Of a stretch of 27,695 nucleotides of DNA, positions 10,694-21,456 are shown one piece after another. The stretch lies in the NCBI RefSeq assembly GCF_006345805.1, contig NW_021833393.1:1-27695 (forward strand), given 5' to 3'. Source of the stretch: Octopus sinensis. Lineage: Eukaryota. The position numbers were made by a program, and so were the translations under genes. The notes beneath the pieces are model-generated. The model did not search any database, was not told where the DNA came from, and saw nothing but the letters and a program-made list of their open reading frames with translations. Numbering within the stretch: the first letter of the stretch is position 1; the number at the start of each line of letters is the position of its first letter.

Positions 10694-11451
10694 TAATACA
10701 TGTACAAAAGCAGGAATATATATTATAATATATATATTATATATTAATATATATATATATGTATGTGTGTGTATGTATGGATGGAGGGATTGATGTATGT
10801 ATGTCTGTATGTTATGCACTGTGGTGTTTATGGAAGAAGTAAGCCATTTTTCTTTTAAGCGTTTTACACTGAAGATCGGACAGTTTTGAAGTTTAATCTT
10901 TTTTAAAATATTTTTATGAATATTTCATAATTCCTTATTACTCCTTTGAGTTTATTCTGGAAAATTAATGACTCTTAAGTTCGTCAAACGATTCTGCAAC
11001 GCAGACCGTCGCCGTCTTATCTTCTGAACGGAGCGCTTAAAGCAGCGTTTGATATGTATATATATATAATATAGATATATATATATATATACTAATACAT
11101 GTACAAAAGCAGGAATATATTATAATATATATATATATATTAATATATATATATATGTATGTGGGTGTGTATGTATGGATGGAGGGATTGATGTATGTAT
11201 GTCTGTATGTTATGCACTGTGGTGTTTATGGAAGAAGTAAGCCATTTTTCTTTTAAGCGTTTTACACTGAAGATCGGACAGTTTTGAAGTTTAATCTTTT
11301 TTTAAAATATTTTTATGAATATTTCATAATTTCCTTATTACTCCTTTGAGTTTATTCTTGAAAATTAATGACTCTTAAGTTCGTCAAACGATTCTGCAAC
11401 GCAGACCGTCGCCGTCTTATCTTCTGAACGGAGCGCTTAAAGCAGCGTTTG

Positions 11452-11459
<8 letters not shown>
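10692..11459. repeat. Near-identical ~400-bp tandem duplication bounded by (TA)n
   Basis: ACTAATACATGTACAAAAGCAGG at 10692 and 11091; GCAGCGTTTGATATGTAT ends at 11059 and 11459. Confidence 0.9.
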
Positions 11460-11492
<33 letters not shown>

Positions 11493-11854
11493 TAGATAGA
11501 TATAGATATAGATATAGATATAGACAGATATAAAATATAGATATGCATACATACATACATACATACATACATACATACATACATACATACATACATACAT
11601 ACACACATACATATATTATATAACTATATATAATGTCTCGAAAAGTATACCATAACTATTATTTATTATTTGTTTAATTTATGCTATAAAATATGATATA
11701 AGTACGACAATGAGATAAAGTGAAACTTCCAGACACGTGTTTTCATGTTCAGTCCCAGGGCGAGGTACCTTACGCAACTGTCTTTGAATTTGAGTGTAGT
11801 TGATAGACGGAAGCTATGCAAAAGCGTGTCGTGTTGTGTGTGTGTGTGTGTATG

Positions 11855-12263
11855 GGTGCAGGAGTGGCTGTGTGGTAAGTAGCTTGTTTACCAACCACAT
11901 GGTTCCGGGTTCAGTCCCACTGCGTGGCACCTTGGGCAAGTGTATTCTATTATAGCCTCGGGCCGACCAAAGCCTTGTGAGTGGATTTGGTAGACGGAAA
12001 CTGAAAGAAGCCCGTCGTATATATGTATATATATATATGCGTGTGTGTGTTTGTGTGTCTGTGTTTGTCCCCCTAGCATTGCTTGACAACCGATGCTGGT
12101 ATGTTTATGTCCACGTAATTTAGCGGTTCGGCAAAAGGGACTGATAGAATAAGTACTGGGCTTACAAAAGAATAAGTCCTGGGGGTCGAGTTGCTCGATT
12201 AAATGCGGTGCTCCAGCATGGTCTCAGTCAAATGACTGAAACAAATAAAAGAGTAAAAGAGAG
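11855..12263 (+). mobile_element. tRNA-derived SINE family A, full length
   Basis: GCAGGAGTGGCTGTGTGG (A-box-like), GGTTCAGTCCC (B-box-like), (GT)n, and tail ending AAAGAGTAAAAGAGAG. Confidence 0.85.
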
Positions 12264-12525
12264 TCTTTATGCTTTTATTTCTCACCGCTTTCTGATCGTA
12301 CAATAAGTACCAGCCAATTTGATCGATGAAAGATGTAAAGAGGGTGCTCCAGCCTGACCAGAGTCCACAGCCTAAAACTGATAAAATTATGAACGATTGA
12401 TTCTCGTTCCCACGTTATTTAATCGTCCAATGCCGTTCTATACTAGACTAATGCTTTTTTCTCAAGTGTATGTATATTAGGTCAAACACCAGGCTATTGG
12501 TATGACTATAGCTATGGGTATATGA

Positions 12526-12526
<1 letters not shown>

Positions 12527-12571
<45 letters not shown>

Positions 12572-12610
12572 ATCTATCTATCTATCATCTATCAATATAT
12601 CTATCTATCG

Positions 12611-12661
<51 letters not shown>

Positions 12662-12696
12662 GATTCTAGCTAGCTAGCTAGCTATCTATCTATCTA

Positions 12697-12765
<69 letters not shown>
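12527..12765. repeat. (TCTA)n followed by (TA)n microsatellite
   Basis: Directly visible. Confidence 0.9.
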
Positions 12766-12960
12766 TAGCTTCTGCACGCATTTTTTCTCTCCTTGTTTCT
12801 TTCTGTGTTCTTTTCTGTGTATCTTTCTGTTGAAGAGCGTAGGCTCGAAACGTAAAAGACTTGTTTATTTAGATTCCTGAGCGCATCCATACTAATACAA
12901 TTGTTTGTTGGTACTCCACCTGCCTTCGTCTTTTGTTTATTTTCATAAAGCTTCCCGTTA
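12765..12960 (+). mobile_element. PLE pseudo-LTR/3'-end fragment (family P1) inserted in (TA)n
   Basis: T-rich, contains an HHR fold and is flanked by (TA)n. Its last 34 bp (12927-12960) recur identically at 19999-20032; a related copy lies at 20223-20348. Confidence 0.65.
12822..12859 (+). ncRNA. Type-I hammerhead ribozyme-like motif with U at core position 6
   Basis: UCUUU-CUGUUGA-A-GAGC(GUAG)GCUC-GAA-AC|GU-A-AAAGA: 5-bp stem I, 4-bp stem II, loop-less palindromic ACGU stem III, GUA cleavage triplet. Confidence 0.65.
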
Positions 12961-13366
12961 TATATATATATATATATTATATATATATATATATATATAG
13001 GTGGGTGTGTGCGTATGAGTATATATATAAATGTGTATGAATATATATATATATGTACATACATATATTTGTGTGTGTATGTATGTGTGTGTGTGTGTAT
13101 GTAAAGACATACGAGGAAACCGAACGAAAACAAACGAGAGTAAAATACCGAACGATAGAGAAATATTTTCTTTGACAAGAGAAAAGATATGAGAGATAGG
13201 ATAGTCGAGTCGTTAAGACAGTCTTGAAAGAAAAGAAAAACGGACAATGGTCACTTGTGGTCAGCGAGAGAGAGCAGGAGAAAGAGGGAGAGAGAGAGGG
13301 AGACAGACAGAAAGAAAACGGTGTCCTGTACCCATATATACATGTGTGTGTGTGTATATATGTGTC

Positions 13367-15454
13367 TACAAATCGCTCATCATGAGAGAGCTTAACAAAA
13401 AATATAAAACTACATCTACAGATAACCCTAAGGAAATTAACTACAAAATCAAAGAAGTTATGACCAAATTGGACCTCCTAGACAGAACGGAACCGATCAA
13501 ACCACAGGAACCTAAAATCAGCATTAAGGACCACAAGAAAGACTTCCCGGATAACGTAGGAGTACGGTTAATCTGTCCGACTAAATCGGATATAGGCAGA
13601 CTCAGTAAGACTATCCTAGACAAGGTGATCCCACGCATCAAACCCCACATCCCACTCCAACTATGGACTAACACCGACGATGTGCTAGAATGATTTAACA
13701 CAATCACCAACAGACCCAACTACTCATTCATCCAGTTTGACATAGCTAACTACTACGCTAGTATATCCCCCATCTTACTTAACAAATCCCTTATATATGC
13801 CTGCAGCCTTTCGCTTATAGACAGAGAAAAAATCGACATTATACTATTAGCCAGAAAAACTATAAAGAATTCGACGGTAAACTTTGGCAGATCGATACCC
13901 CCGAAAATGATGTGCTATGAGCTCGAGCGATTCAGCTCAGGTGACTGACTTGGTCGGGGCCTACCTACTCAAGAAGCTTTTCTCCGAGGTACCGGACCTA
14001 CAGGGGGGTCTCTACAGAGATGACGCTCTCCTCATATACCCCACTCACAATAGGAGTAAACTAGAAAGAATTAGGAAAAAGATCAGACTATTCTTCAAAT
14101 CCTTCAATCTAAAACTAGAATTTATGACTAACACGAAAATAGTAAACTTCTTAGATGTTACGTTAGACTTGAACAAGCACCTTCACCACCCGTATAGGAA
14201 ACCCGAAGAAACAACTAGATATATCCACACCTCTTCCAACCACCCACCCTGTATAATTAACACCACGGTCCAAGCCATCTCAGACAGACTCACTAAGCTA
14301 TCTTCCAACAGAGATATATTCAATAATCACGCACACCACTACAACCAGGCTCTCTCTAGTGCTGGGTATACCCAGAGAATATCCTATGTAGACCCCCCTG
14401 GAACGTCCGTCTGCTGTAAAACTCCCACTTATAAACGAACTCCGTATTCAACCCAAGCTAACGCTAATTCTAATTCAACTTCTAAGCAACGTATAGGAAA
14501 AAGGCGAACCAATAGAATAGTACGCAATGATAACCCTTCCGACGAGATTAACACCGATCATATTAGGAGAAATAGAGGCGGAAACAGTAGATTACGTAAA
14601 TATATATGGTACAACATACCATACAACATAGCAGTTAAGGGTAAATTATGTAAGAGAATATTCTCTATTATCTCAACAACTTCCCACCCACCCATAAGTA
14701 TAGAAGTATCTTCTCCAACAAAACCATTAGGATTTCCTACTCTACCCTGCCCAACATGAGCTGCCTCATAGCTAAGCATAACAATATTAACATTAGAACA
14801 GCTAGACTAGGAGCAGGCTATAACAACCAATCGAACCCCATTCATCCAGGCAGTAGTCAATATAATCGGGCTGGCAACCATAATACCCAAACAGTTAGTA
14901 ATAACACCCGTCAACACAACAGAGGCAACACCACACCCATCAACAACCAGGAGGATAACAGTGCTCCTACACTTAATGCAACACCTCCGCCTGGGACTAA
15001 CAGCACACGACCGGGAAATGCCATGCAATGCAACTGCATAAGTGCATCCGAATGCCCGCTACGTGGTGAATGTCGGGCTAAAAACGTAATCTATTCATGT
15101 GAGGTGAGTACCCAGTTTAACACACTCACCTACATAGGTTGCTCGACCTCCTGGAAATCCAGATACTACAACCACCGGTCCTCGTTCAAGCATAGACATA
15201 AAGCTAGCAGCACCTCCCTATCTAAGAAAATTTGGGAATTAAAAGACAATAGCATAGGTTTCAAACTCAGGTGGTCCATCATCGGATCAGCTGCACCTTA
15301 TTTAAATAACAGAGCAGGATGCCAGCTATGTTGTGTAGAACTCCTGAATATCTTGAAATTCAAGGAGAAACACAATCTAATTAACAAAAGGTCAGAGTTC
15401 AAGCCATCTTGTATACACAAACTTACCAATACCTTTAAATACTACAAAGCTTAG
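13367..15454 (+). pseudogene. Penelope-like element RT + C-terminal GIY-YIG endonuclease, 5'-truncated, disrupted (probably Hydra clade)
   Basis: KDHK...RLICPTKSDIGRLSK; motif A QFDIANYYASI (D at 13739); MSSSDSAQVTDLVG; GGLYRDD (14013-14024); VNFLDVTLDL; SNHPP; IWYNIPY; CNCISASECP; VIY...YIG (15086-15139); RYYNH; CQLC; NKRSE. Lesions are TGA at 13691 (aligned to a conserved Trp), two -1 frameshifts at ~13866-13916 and one at ~14675. Confidence 0.92.
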
Positions 15455-16403
15455 GCTATTATACCAACCCCCATGCAATTCCTCCCATCCAATTGCAACT
15501 TGTCGGCTCCAGCGCATCCGTTTTTTCCTATATATATATATTTTTTTCTTTCCTATATATACATATTTGTTTCTCCCATATATTTTTTTTCCTATATATT
15601 TCTTTTCCTACACCTACCTTCTTCCTATCTAGATATTTGTTTTTCCTATATCTATACCTCTTTCCATTTCTAGCTCTGATGTTGAGCGCACACCACCAAA
15701 CCCCGCTTCCCACTATTTCCAATTTCAACCCTTTAACACACACCTATAACTTTACATTTTCAACCACCCTTTATTTTTACCTTCATTTCATGTTAACCTT
15801 TACCCGATTACCTTTTTATTTTATTTTATTTTATTTTATTTTATTTTTATTTTTATTTTTATTTTTTATTTTTCATTTTTTATTTCTTATTTTTATTTCT
15901 AATTCTTATTTTTACCCTTATTCTTACTTCTATTTTTACCCCTATTTTATCACTTTTTATCTCTATATATGTCTATTTTAGCTATTTTTTCCTTATTTGC
16001 TTATCTATGTACCCGCTTATATGCTTATACGTGTGTCTGTGTATGTATGTATATGTATATATGTGTATGCGTATGAATAAGTATCTGTGCTTATATGTGT
16101 ACCCCCTTTTTTTATACTTTTTTAATAATTTTTTTTACATGCTTTGGTATATTTTTTATATATTTTTTATACATCTTTTAATTTTTTTATATATATCTAT
16201 ACCTATATGTGTGTGTGTCTGTGTTTGTAAGTGTATGTGTACACGCACATATAGACACACATATGTGTGTGTGTGCGTGTGGATACATGTGCGTGGGTCC
16301 GTGTGTATGTATATATGCGTGTATGTATGTACGCGTGTGTGTGTATGTATGCACATATATATGTGCGTGTGCGGGTATGTGTGTGTGTATATGTATGTAT
16401 ATA

Positions 16404-16452
<49 letters not shown>

Positions 16453-17801
16453 ATATATATATATATATGCGTATATGTGTGTGGTGTATATATATGTATA
16501 TGTATATTGTCCGTGTATATATATATATGTATATTCTGTTATAATTTCTTGCCCGCAAGTTTCTTACGTTCATGTCTACCTTCTGTACCACTATAATCCG
16601 TATCTTGCCCGTGTGCGAGAAGGATCTATTTGTATACCTGTGTCTGTGCATATGCATACTTTTGTGTATATGCATAGGGATCTACTCCCCCATGTGCGTG
16701 GGTGTGGGCATATTTTTGCCCATACGCATAGAGATTCACTTCGTCTTGTGCATGCGTGTAAGTGCGAGTGTGCCTATATGAACGCATGTGTGTGTATGTA
16801 TATACGTACGTATGCGCGTCGGTTCGTGTACCCAACTACATGCGCCTTTTTCCATATATATCTGTATATGTTTACACGAGAGTACGTATGTATGCTTGTA
16901 TGCGTGTGGTTGCGTATGAGTGCGTATATGTACGCGTCTATATGTGTGTATGTATCTATGCGTGTACGTATGTACATGCTGACCACTTGACACGTAACGA
17001 GGAACTAGATAAGCAGTTTAACAAGACAACTCTAATTTACAATACACTAGGTCCCCAGACGCCCCGGTTGATTTATGACACCCACGGCTTCTACAACCAG
17101 AATATGTCATTTTCCTGACCACCATGTTGGTCCGTAAACAACTTATATCCCTTATCCTTATTCTTTTACATTTCTATATTCTTATATCCTTTATATTTCT
17201 GATAATTTTTAAATTTTTTTATTATAACTTATATCTTTATATTCTTATACTTTTTATATCTCTTTATATCTTTATACTTTATATTTTTATATTTCTATAC
17301 TTATATTCTTTTATCTTTTACATTTTATATTTTCTCTACCTTCGTCCTGAATTCTCGCCTCTCATCTTTATCCCTATTTACTCTTATTACCAGGTTCCTT
17401 CACGTCTGTCTGTATTTATATGTATATATTTATTCATTCATTTATTTATATTACCTCAACATCCAAACTTCCTCATTCTACATTGAGAGAAGGACGAGAT
17501 GGACGCTCATTTTTTGTGCTGTTGCCGCATTATGTCATACGCGAATGAGAGGATTTGCATCCCCAACGTAGAATTTTGATGTAATACATGTCCTTGAGTG
17601 GTAGTAATGTGCGCGGCTGAAGAATGCCATAGACACACATTATGCATTGTTATAAATCCGTCTAATAAAGGCCCGACCGAAACATATGTACCGCTGAATC
17701 CTTGGCATCATGTTTTTATTTTGATTTAATTTTACTCCACAACCTACACCACCAAACGGTATACAAGGTGCTTAAATTATCAAGTACTCACCCTGAATTT
17801 C
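15455..17801 (+). mobile_element. Putative 3' region of the PLE (T-rich, (GT)/(TA)-rich), ending at (TA)n after an HHR
   Basis: T-rich tracts follow the stop codon. An HHR fold at 17613-17694 lies ~110 bp before a ...CCCTGAATTTC|(TA)n end. Continuity with the ORF is inferred. Confidence 0.45.
17613..17694 (+). ncRNA. Type-I hammerhead ribozyme-like motif with intact core and long irregular stem II
   Basis: GCGG-CUGAAGA-(55 nt containing GCC/GGC and UAGAC/GUCUA pairings)-GAA-AC(AUAU)GU-A-CCGC; stem III is the palindrome ACATATGT. Confidence 0.6.
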
Positions 17802-17932
17802 TATATATATATATACATATGTAAAATCAATTAAGGGTAGAAATTGATATTAGTCAATTAAAACCAGTGGTCTAGCATATTAAAAAGAATCCGAAGATTA
17901 AAATATTTATATATACCAATTAAGGACTGAAC

Positions 17933-18129
17933 ACGAGTGAGTATGGCTGTGGGTGAAAAACAGTATAGAGTAGAGTCGCATCAAATAAATTAAAATAAAC
18001 TTATTTGGAAATGGATCCGTGGTGTTCAATCAAATAATAATATAAATAATATATATACATATTGTTGTATTTCGGAATGGTCATTTTGCCAGTTTAGCCA
18101 ATACATATATATACATATATATATCTATC

Positions 18130-18160
<31 letters not shown>

Positions 18161-18752
18161 TATATATACCAATTAAGGATGAACACGAAAAGTGGACAGT
18201 CAACATGCTATATATAGACGTCAAATCGCCATTCTCCACAAAGATTATGTTCTCAAATAAAACTCAGCACAAAACCAAAGCAATAAACAAGACAAATGAA
18301 AATATACGAAATAAAATAATTACCCATGTACTGATCAGTTTCGGTTATTATTATCCGCAAGGATAACTGTAACTTCGTCACCGTGGTCTGTTATGAATAC
18401 AATTTGCTGGACTAGATGCAAAAACGAGAACATAATCTTTGCGGAGAATGGCGATTTGACGTCTATATCTAGCATGTGGACTGTCCACTTTTCGTGTTCA
18501 GTCTTAATTGGTATTTATATATAATATATATATTATATATATAATAATATATATATATATATATATGTATGTATATATATTTATTGGCTAAACTGGCAAA
18601 ATGACCATTCCGAAATACAACAATATGTATATATATTATTTATATTATTATTTGATTGAACACCACGGATCCATTTCCAAATAAGTTTATTTTAATCTAT
18701 TTGATGCGACTCACCTCTATACTGTTTTTCACCCACAGCCATACTCACTCGT
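17933..18752. repeat. Long inverted repeat: arms 17933-18254 and 18426-18752, 171-bp spacer
   Basis: For example, ATTGTTGTATTTCGGAATGGTCATTTTGCCAGTTTAGCCAATA (18061) is mirrored at ~18583-18625, and ...AAGATTATGTTCTC (18254) is mirrored by GAGAACATAATCTT (18426). The internal (TA)n lengths differ. Confidence 0.9.
18324..18386 (-). ncRNA. Decayed type-I hammerhead ribozyme-like motif
   Basis: CCACG-GUGACGA-A-GUUA..UUAUCC(UUGC)GGAUAA..UAAC-C-GAA-ACUGAUCAGU-A-CAUGG. Perfect 10-nt palindromic stem III. C3 is G and stem I has one mismatch. Confidence 0.6.
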
Positions 18753-19130
18753 ACAACTGTACAGTTACATAAAGTTACATAACACTAACCTAAGGAGAAT
18801 TAATATTCCGAACATATTCCCAACATTCTACGTTCGTTTCTAACAAAGGGGAATGAAAAAGTGACGATGCGGAGATGTCTATTATATACATGCAAAAGGC
18901 TCTGCTTTGTCTCTGATGCTCAAAACTATTTCGATCACCTGATTTTAATAGAGTTATCTCCCTTGGTGACACCTTTTACATTTTAAACTACCCTAGACAT
19001 TGTTTTATCCTTTAATTGCGTGAAGTTTCTCACGTGATCAACAATTTTGATATATTTATTTCTATTTCTTCATTTGTCATCATCATCATCATTATTATTA
19101 TTATTATTGTTGTTATTGTTGTTGTTGTTG

Positions 19131-19169
<39 letters not shown>

Positions 19170-19365
19170 GTAGTAGTAGTAGTAGTAGTAATAGTAGTAG
19201 TAGCAGTATTTCAATTCACCGTATCTAATTTAGATTGGCGAACGGTGAAGACACGAAAACAGGAACGTATGGAAAGCTAACGGGAAAATCCACGAATAAA
19301 CACGCACACACACACACATATATATATATATATTTAGAGGGAGAGAGAGAGATGGAGAGATAGAT

Positions 19366-19430
<65 letters not shown>

Positions 19431-19736
19431 ACGCACCCACAATCCACCTCATCCCTCTCTCCCTCTCACAAGTACATACAGACACAAACGCAAGTACGCA
19501 CAAACGAACACGTACACGTATGCAGACACACACGAATGTACACATACCTCTACACAAACATACACACACACACACATAGAGAGAGAGAAAAACAGAGACA
19601 GAGTGACACAGAGAGTGGGACACACGCATCCATACACATGTCCACACACACACACACACATACACACAATCCCACGCTTTTTCGTACGAATCCATTCTCG
19701 TTTTTTAATTATGTGTGTGTGTGTATATATATATAT

Positions 19737-19771
<35 letters not shown>

Positions 19772-19998
19772 TATATATATATTTCGGAGAAGAATACAGT
19801 GTACATTCAAACACATAATCTCTGAATAATGTATATTCTATTGAGTAAATTTTTTCCTTCTCGCTACAACACTGGTAACAAAGAATTTTTTCGATAAATA
19901 TTCTTGCTACCCTAAGATTTTAATTAAACACACAAATACACACACACACACACACACCACACATACATACACATATATATATATATATATATATATAT

Positions 19999-20029
19999 CG
20001 TCTTTTGTTTATTTTCATAAAGCTTCCCG

Positions 20030-20032
<3 letters not shown>
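19999..20032 (+). mobile_element. 34-bp extreme 3' end of PLE fragment family P1 in (TA)n
   Basis: Identical to 12927-12960 and flanked by (TA)n on both sides. Confidence 0.7.
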
Positions 20033-20064
<32 letters not shown>

Positions 20065-20067
<3 letters not shown>

Positions 20068-20132
20068 TAGTTGTATAATGTCAACTTAATGTGACAGTCC
20101 CATGAAGGGAAGTTGACAGTGTACAACTACTC
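20065..20132. other. 68-bp near-perfect hairpin flanked by TA (micro-MITE or pre-miRNA-like)
   Basis: AGTAGTTGTA/TACAACTACT and TGTCAACTT/AAGTTGACA arms with a 22-nt loop; TA at 20063-64 and 20133-34. Confidence 0.55.
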
Positions 20133-20222
20133 TATCGTACCACCACTGCTTATATCTCTCTGGTGATATTTAGAAATGTAATATATATATAATATATATG
20201 TGTGTTTGTGTGTACATATATA

Positions 20223-20348
20223 TAGAAGAGCGTAGGCTCGAAACGTAAAAGACTTTTTCTATTCCTGAGTGTTATACTAATACATCTGATTCTTTTGTAC
20301 AACACTTATCTTCGTCTTTTGTTGTTATTTTCGTAAGCTCTCCCTATA
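20223..20348 (+). mobile_element. PLE fragment family P1, 5'-truncated inside the HHR core
   Basis: TAGAAGAGCGTAGGCTCGAAACGTAAAAGACT...TTCCTGAG...TACTAATAC...TTCGTCTTTT matches 12830-12960; flanked by (TA)n. Confidence 0.7.
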
Positions 20349-20357
20349 TTTATACAT

Positions 20358-20393
<36 letters not shown>

Positions 20394-20966
20394 AATGTAT
20401 GTACGTATATATGTATATATTTATATTTATATATATGTATACACATGTGTATATAAATGTATATATTTATATACATATATATAATATATATATAATGTAT
20501 ACATATATATGTGTGTGTGTGTGCACAATCACAGATAAATATTACAATAACAAAAGGAAAAACATCACTAACAACAACTGTAGTTGCGGCACTGACAACA
20601 ACAACAATATCAACACTAGCAATGAAATCAACGGAAAGATTGACAAGGAAAATGTTAAGCTTAAACGAAATCATTTCTTCCGGTCTCTGACCAAAAATAG
20701 ACCGAAACCGTCCATGTTAGCAATCTTCATTGTACACTACAGTCTCCAAGTCTCTCATTACAAGTCTAATGGCATGGCATCGCAGACCATTGTTTGTATG
20801 TATGTATGCATGTATGTATGTATGTATATATGTATGTATGCATGTGTGTGTGTATGTATGTGTGTATGTATGTGTGTATGTGTCTGCGTGTGTGAATGTG
20901 TTTATATACCGTAATTTATTTCTCTTTCACATTCATTTTTCTATTTCTTTCATTTTATATATATGT

Positions 20967-21013
<47 letters not shown>

Positions 21014-21456
21014 TGGTGGTGTGTGTGTGTATGGTGTGTGTGTGTGTGCTTGATCCTACCTTAACGGAACAGTAAAAACCACACACACGCATATATATAT
21101 GTATATATATATATATGTATGCATTACATATGTGTGTAATATATATATATATAACATATATATAATAATATATATATATATGTATATGTAATATATATTA
21201 TATATATATATATATGTATTTAAATGTGTATACCTATATATATTATATATATGTATACACTAAAGCATAATTATATATATATATATATATATAATATATA
21301 TATATATATTATATATATATACATGCATAAGTACATACACGCACACGTATATATGCATATACATACACGCGTATGCGAATATAAATACGCACAGCTTCGC
21401 ACGTGTTCACACACATACACACACACACACATACACATACACATACACACATTTAG

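Noticed and set aside
12765-12960. P1 fragment as the 5' pseudo-LTR of the central PLE
   Set aside because: Its sequence is not repeated downstream of the ORF, it is separated from the ORF by (TA)/(GT)n and other sequence, and the downstream HHR is of a different family.
13691-13693. In-frame TGA in the PLE ORF as selenocysteine (as in some Naiad PLEs)
   Set aside because: It aligns to a conserved Trp (VLE-W-F; TGG to TGA). The domain order is RT-EN rather than Naiad EN-RT, and nearby frameshifts show ordinary decay.
16619-16790. Three ~55-bp degenerate units starting (A/G)G(G/A)GAT(CT/TC)A
   Set aside because: Similarity is too weak within low-complexity sequence to support a distinct element.
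16007-16990. 327-aa ORF and overlapping ORFs; likewise other YI/CV/HT-rich ORFs
   Set aside because: Dinucleotide (TA/GT) low-complexity artefacts with no domain motifs.
16980-17118. Non-repetitive frame DHLTRNEELDKQFNKTTLIYNTLGPQ... as a second PLE C-terminus
   Set aside because: Only superficial resemblance; no diagnostic motif.
17662-17690. Reading CTAATAA as a mutated CUGAUGA core for the 17679 GAAAC
   Set aside because: It needs two core mutations and gives no stem I. The upstream CTGAAGA at 17617 gives an intact core and a 4-bp stem I.
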